This document shows, piece by piece, positions 62,762-64,000 of a DNA stretch of 64,000 nt. Positions within the stretch are counted from its first letter, which is position 1, and every line of letters starts with the position of its first letter. The stretch spans positions 28,027-92,026 of the forward strand of contig JABHTJ010000002.1 of assembly GCA_018697295.1 (NCBI GenBank), written 5' to 3'. The position numbers were made by a program, and so were the translations under genes. Origin of the DNA: an archaeon (GTDB lineage Archaea; Nanobdellota; Nanobdellia; Pacearchaeales; GW2011-AR1). The notes below the pieces were generated by a model. The model was not told where the DNA came from and made no database searches. It saw only the letters and a program-made list of their open reading frames with translations.

Positions 62762-63567
62762 AATGAGAATAAGGTTTTTGCATTATTAAATATTTGTTTT
62801 GCTACCTTGACTTCTGACAAACCTTTTATTTTCGCAATTTCTTTAATTGCATAGATTACATTTTTTGATTCATTTCTTGTTCCGGCTATAGGGGATAAAT
62901 ATGGTGCGTCTGTTTCAGTTATTAGTTGGGTAAGTGGTGTTAACTTGACGAGCATTTTGAAATGTTCGAGACGCGTGATTACTGCTGGGACCGACATAAA
63001 ATATCCATTTTCGACACAACGTCTTACTAATGCTTTTTTTCCGCCAAAACAATGCATGTATACTTTTTTGCAGGAATTTTTTTCAAGCATCCCTATTACT
63101 TCTAATTCTGCTTTCCTTGAATGTGTAACAAGAGGTTTATCAATTTTTTTTGCTAAATCGATTACTTTTTGAAATACTTCTAGTTGTAATTCTTCCGTTC
63201 CAGGAATAATTTTGTAATCAAGTCCACATTCTCCAATTGCAACGCAATCGTTTTTATGTTCTTCAATCCATTTGAGTTCAACATCTACATCGAATTTTTC
63301 AACGTAGCGAAGATTATCTTCTTCTGTTTTACTATTGAGTTTATTTGCGATCCCATCTATAGGATAAATGCCAAAACTACATTTTACTATTGGAGAATAT
63401 TTTTTGCTTAATTCCAAGACGGTCCTGTTTGTTGTCGGATTGACGCCAGAAGTTATCATAAATTTGACTCCAGCTTCTTTTGCTCTTTTTACAATTTCGT
63501 CTCGTTCATTATCAAAGCGTTCGCTATCAAGATGTGTGTGGACATCGACTAGATTCATTTTTTCCAT
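62758..63567 (-). CDS. tatD: TatD-family nuclease
   Basis: DVHTHL, AIGECGLDY, HSRKAE, MHCF, ETDAPY. Confidence 0.95.
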   Translation of the reverse strand: MEKMNLVDVHTHLDSERFDNERDEIVKRAKEAGVKFMITSGVNPTTNRTVLELSKKYSPIVKCSFGIYPIDGIANKLNSKTEEDNLRYVEKFDVDVELKWIEEHKNDCVAIGECGLDYKIIPGTEELQLEVFQKVIDLAKKIDKPLVTHSRKAELEVIGMLEKNSCKKVYMHCFGGKKALVRRCVENGYFMSVPAVITRLEHFKMLVKLTPLTQLITETDAPYLSPIAGTRNESKNVIYAIKEIAKIKGLSEVKVAKQIFNNAKTLFSL

Positions 63568-63600
63568 AATGATTAAAAAGTAATCTTCCTTAAATAACTA

Positions 63601-63819
63601 ATGATTGAATATATTATTTTGTTGGTTGCGATACCTCTTGGGATGTTGTGTGCGAAATGGATGAAAGAAGAGAGGCCAATATATTCTAAAGCTCCTTATT
63701 TTCCCGTGATGCTTTGGGTGATTGCAATTTTATCTGCGATTTTTTTTACCCTGGATAAGACTATTGGTTTTAGTTTGTCATTTATGTTTTTGTTGATGTT
63801 CTTTTGGCATCGGGGATAA
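63601..63819 (+). CDS. Small membrane protein
   Basis: Three hydrophobic segments; AIPLG...A..M.EE motif. Confidence 0.7.
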   Translation: MIEYIILLVAIPLGMLCAKWMKEERPIYSKAPYFPVMLWVIAILSAIFFTLDKTIGFSLSFMFLLMFFWHRG

Positions 63820-63849
63820 ACTTAAAACACGCTAAAATCTTGGATAATT

Positions 63850-64000
63850 ATGGCATTTAACTTAATTGGTCTTGGACTTGATGTAAACTCGATCTCAGCT
63901 GATGCTTTGGTAGCTGTGAAGAAATGTGGTGTGGTTTATCTTGAAAATTATACAGTGAATTTTCCTTATTCAGTTGAAGAATTATCTGAATCTCTTAGTG
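63850..64000 (+). CDS. dph5: Diphthine synthase (5' part; runs off window)
   Basis: Manual translation MAFNLIGLGLDVNSISADALVAVKKCGVVYLENYTV matches the LIGLGL...VYLE.YT motif. Confidence 0.88.
   Translation, partial: MAFNLIGLGLDVNSISADALVAVKKCGVVYLENYTVNFPYSVEELSESLS

Noticed and set aside
62929-62944. GGTAAG-TGGT-GTTAAC match to the candidate operator
   Set aside because: Lies inside the tatD coding sequence without an adjacent TATA; may be chance, so it is not counted in the regulon.
1-64000. CRISPR arrays, rRNA genes, IS elements/integrases, DGR template/variable repeats, tRNA introns
   Set aside because: No regularly spaced repeats, rRNA-like sequence, transposase, integrase or reverse transcriptase seen; paralog differences are not adenine-specific; all five tRNAs are intronless.

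Overview
AT-rich archaeal chromosomal segment, most likely from a DPANN organism of the Pacearchaeota type. This assignment is inferred from a fused Rpo1 (A'+A''), an unsplit Rpo2, archaeal TFB/RFC/Alba/EndA/EF-1a/EF-2 and many Cys-rich surface proteins. Core content: tfb, rps8e, glyS, rnz, Lsm, albA, rps17e, endA, rpl41e (missed by the ORF track), rfcS/rfcL, the rpoH-rpoB-rpoA-rpl30e-nusA-rps12-rps7-fusA-tuf cluster, dnaG, tatD, dph5 and five tRNAs (Arg-TCT, Cys-GCA, a non-canonical CAT tRNA, Gln-CTG, Lys-TTT). Accessory highlights: (1) two paralogous surface-protein loci sharing an Ig-like subunit domain and a PapD/DUF916-like membrane partner, a candidate undescribed donor-strand fimbrial/adhesin system; (2) an apparently intact GGEEF diguanylate cyclase with I-site, translationally coupled to tatD; (3) a bacterial-type dNTP island (thyX-like, tmk with an in-frame TGA at a Gly position, nrdR with an NrdR box, nrdJ, dut, dcd, kinase-dCMP deaminase fusion); (4) a candidate GTTAAC-N4-GTTAAC regulon of a Cys-containing HTH regulator; (5) two tandem 23-aa acidic micropeptides and several structured intergenic elements. 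All calls come from reading the sequence by eye; no database searches or folding programs were run.
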